A stretch of 64,000 nucleotides of DNA from Podarcis muralis (lineage: Eukaryota), in NCBI RefSeq assembly GCF_964188315.1, contig NC_135655.1:82212001-82276000 (forward strand), read 5' to 3'. The notes beneath the pieces were generated by a model, which saw only the letters and a program-made list of their open reading frames with translations, had not been told where the DNA came from and ran no database searches. Shown here piece after piece: positions 61,380 through 64,000 of this stretch. Within the stretch, counting starts at the first letter, position 1. Every line of letters starts with the position of its first letter. Position numbers and translations under genes: made by a program.

Positions 61380-61770
61380 GGTGGTTCTCAGTGTCATGCT
61401 CTATTTACGAACTGTATTCTATTTACTGTTTTGAATTTTCTCAGTTTTTGACAACTCAGATTTTAATTAGGTCCACCGAGCTTGTATATTGTTTTGGCAT
61501 CTCAAAGGACTTCCAAAACTAACTATAAAATCCTTGTTTCTCCATTGGAAGTCAGAGTTCCCCTTGTTTCCTCTTTACATTTAGCCTCAACCATCTCAAA
61601 CTGAAAGACTAAGCCAGGGACATGGATCATATCAGAGGAGAACCACTGCAGGACCTGCTGGTTTATTTATTCTTTTTAACATCATGCACATAACTGCAAA
61701 AGCCAGATTTCTGTGAGGCTGCTTTGCATGATTAACCCCTTGGCTTGGCAGATAACAAGAGGTAAGGTGC
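61380..61770 (+). promoter_or_regulatory. Candidate promoter / 5' exon module, probably for an OR beyond the window end
   Basis: Homologous to 57420-57730 and 56255-56420; donor AG|GTAAGG at 61762. Confidence 0.4.
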
Positions 61771-62007
61771 TGATCCTAGACCTTTGTAGATCTCTCTTGA
61801 TTTTTTTCTGAGAGCTTTACATGAGTAGCAGCCCCTGATTCAGTGGATAGAAACCTGTTGGGAAATAGCCAAATGATTGTTAGGGTGTGTGTGTGTTTTT
61901 AACCATTTCTGCTTGTCCCATAACTAGAAAGCACATGTCAGAGTGGTTTTCCATTTGACCAATGCTTCCATTTGACCAATGCATGGATCCAAGTGATTTT
62001 CCCCTTG

Positions 62008-62140
62008 CCTCACTCCTTTCCCAGGGAAAACCTGCTCTTTAGCTCTAAATCAGAACAAACAGTAATCAGCAGAAAACCTGATTGCCGTTTGCTCCAGCTG
62101 AGCACTAAAGTGGTTTCCCCCAGGGGAAATGCAGTGGGAG
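62008..62140. mobile_element. Palindromic (hairpin) MITE
   Basis: Arms tttcccagggaaaacc..ctttagc / gcactaaagtggtttcccccaggggaaa and aacaaacagtaatcag / ctgattgccgtttgct; absent from the paralogous 56xxx module. Confidence 0.65.
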
Positions 62141-63398
62141 AAGAGGAAGTGTATATGGATAAACTCCAAGAGGCGAACCAGGGGACAAATTCCTGTCTTG
62201 CTGTCAGACAGCACCTGTTTAAATGGCCAAAAGCCCATTGAAGAAAACTTACTGCCGTTCCAATGCAACAACCCCAAGGTTTGTAGAAATACAAATAAAT
62301 TTAAAAATCTAGGTGACTTGGGGAAAACCCAGAAACAGCTCACTGAAGCATGTGGTCCATGGCCAGAGAACATTGTGTGCTCGGAGTGGAGCAGGGAAGA
62401 GAGATCCTGGGAATGGAATGTACTATCTTCTACAAACCCCCTACAGCATTGCACTGCTCTCAGAGGTGCAAAGGAGAGTGACAGGCCCTCCAATGTCCTT
62501 ATTTTCCAAATACGTCCTGGATTAGAGAAGTCATCCCAGTTTCTGATTTGATCCTGCAGTGTCCCAATTTCCTTAGGATGTCCCTATTTTCATTGTAGAA
62601 ATGTTGGATGGTATGGAGTTATCCGACCCCTGAGCTGTCTGAAGGCAATACTGTATAGGGAAGGGGTTGTTTTTTAAAAAAATGTTTAATGTTTTATTAT
62701 GTTTTTATATATGTTGGAAGAAGCCCAGAGAGACTAGAGCAACCCAGTAAGATGTGTGGGATATAAATAGTAAAATTATCATTATGGAATGGGACATCCC
62801 TGTTTTCATTGGACAAATGTTGAAGCGTGGGGAGGAGTCTCTTCTCTCCTTTGCACCTTTGATGTCAGAACTGCAAAGAAGAAGAGGAGGATTACAACAT
62901 GCTGTGTTATTTGGATCTTGCTATCTGAACCTACTGCAGTAAAAGGAGAGAGCTAATTATACAGTGATAGTACACACAGGCATTTTCCATGGGAGAGGCA
63001 GAGAATTTGCTTTTCTTCCCTAGCCCATGTGCATGTGACTTCCTGATACATATCATATTGCAGCCAGCAAAAAAACCTTGAGGAAGGAACCTGATCTACC
63101 GAAAGACCTAGCAGAGGAACAAAGCACACAGGATCATGCACTGGGCTCAGGCTAGCAGATGCACTGCATTCTGATTGCTGTTAACAAGATTGAATGTGGG
63201 AGGGGAATCTCACTGAAGGAGGACAGGGAGAGAACAAAGTAGCAAGCCACCTTTGGCTAAACAAATGGCAGGAAGGGATGGAGAGGGAATTCAATGTCTC
63301 ACAAGCAAGGCTGACAATGCCCATCCATGACTCACCTTCTGTTGCTCACACATGCAGCTCAGCTAGATTGGTAAAGAAAAAGTGTTTTATATGCGTTG

Positions 63399-63402
<4 letters not shown>

Positions 63403-63449
<47 letters not shown>

Positions 63450-63510
63450 TATTATTTGTACCCCGCCCATCTGGCTGGGTTTCCCCAGCCACTCTGGGCG
63501 GCTTCCAACA
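63403..63510 (-). mobile_element. LINE 3' end (L2-like) with (TAT)n tail
   Basis: Minus strand ttggaagccgcccagagtggctggggaaacccagccagatgggcggggtacaaat, then (TAT)n. Confidence 0.65.
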
Positions 63511-63541
63511 AAGATGAAAGATACACTATATGTGATATGCA

Positions 63542-63892
63542 GGGACACGGGTGGCGCTGTGGGTAAAACCTCAGTGCCTAGGACTTGCCGATTGTATGGT
63601 CGGCGGTTCGAATCCCCGTGGCGGGGTGCGCTCCCGTTGCTCGGTCCCAGCACCTGCCAACCTAGCAGTTCGAAAGCACCCCCGGGTGCAAGTAGATAAA
63701 TAGGGACCACTTACCAGCGGGAAGGTAAACAGCGTTCCGTGTGCTGCACTGGCTTGCCAGATGCAGCTTGTCACACTGGCCTTGTGACCCGGAAGTGTCC
63801 TCAGACAGCGCTGGCTCCCGGCCTCTTAAGTGAGATGAGCGCACAACCCTAGAGTCGTACACGACTGGCCCATACGGGCAGGGGTACCTTTT
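63542..63892 (+). mobile_element. Sauria-type SINE, full length
   Basis: Same family as 30616-30979; 12-bp TSD TATATGTGATAT (63527-63538, 63893-63904). Confidence 0.93.
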
Positions 63893-64000
63893 TATATGTG
63901 ATATAGCACTGTGACTCCCAATGGCGCTGTGGAGTCCCGTCTTTCCCTACCAGATTTCCCTGTATGAGTTTACAACGTGTTTAACTGAATTGCTTCTTCG

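Noticed and set aside
1-64000. A novel multi-gene or defence-type system (CRISPR, operon, etc.)
   Set aside because: Every long ORF is an OR, an OR shadow frame or TE-derived. There is no short-repeat/unique-spacer array; the 5.47-kb repeat and the 53.1-kb minisatellite have no spacer structure.

Overview
Vertebrate genomic DNA. The Sauria-type and Squam3-type SINEs, Bov-B, CR1 and L2 content point to a squamate, probably a lacertid lizard (inference). The window lies inside a class II olfactory receptor (OR) cluster with 10 intact single-exon OR CDSs (8 on the - strand, then 2 on the + strand), one 3'-truncated OR pseudogene and one 17-codon OR C-terminal relic. The left 16 kb is a ~5.47-kb tandem array: two near-identical units carry an OR5AR-like gene (allele A) and a third, older unit carries its paralog (B). 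Three OR9G-like genes, one OR2D-like gene, a well-conserved OR5AR1-like gene and two family-5/9-like genes follow. Intergenic DNA is mostly TE debris: solo LTRs, Penelope 3' ends with a hammerhead-ribozyme motif, Bov-B, CR1, L2, L1, SINEs, Tc1/mariner and hAT MITEs, a YR-retrotransposon-like repeat and an ERV integrase relic. I found no wholly new biological system; there are no rRNA, tRNA or CRISPR features and nothing prokaryote-like. The best leads are: (i) the amplified OR copy carries derived ligand-pocket residues; (ii) a hammerhead-bearing Penelope insertion sits just behind its stop codon; (iii) gene-conversion mosaics between paralogs; (iv) conserved homeodomain/EBF composite motifs upstream of ORs; (v) a microsatellite-linked OR truncation. 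All alignments were done by eye.
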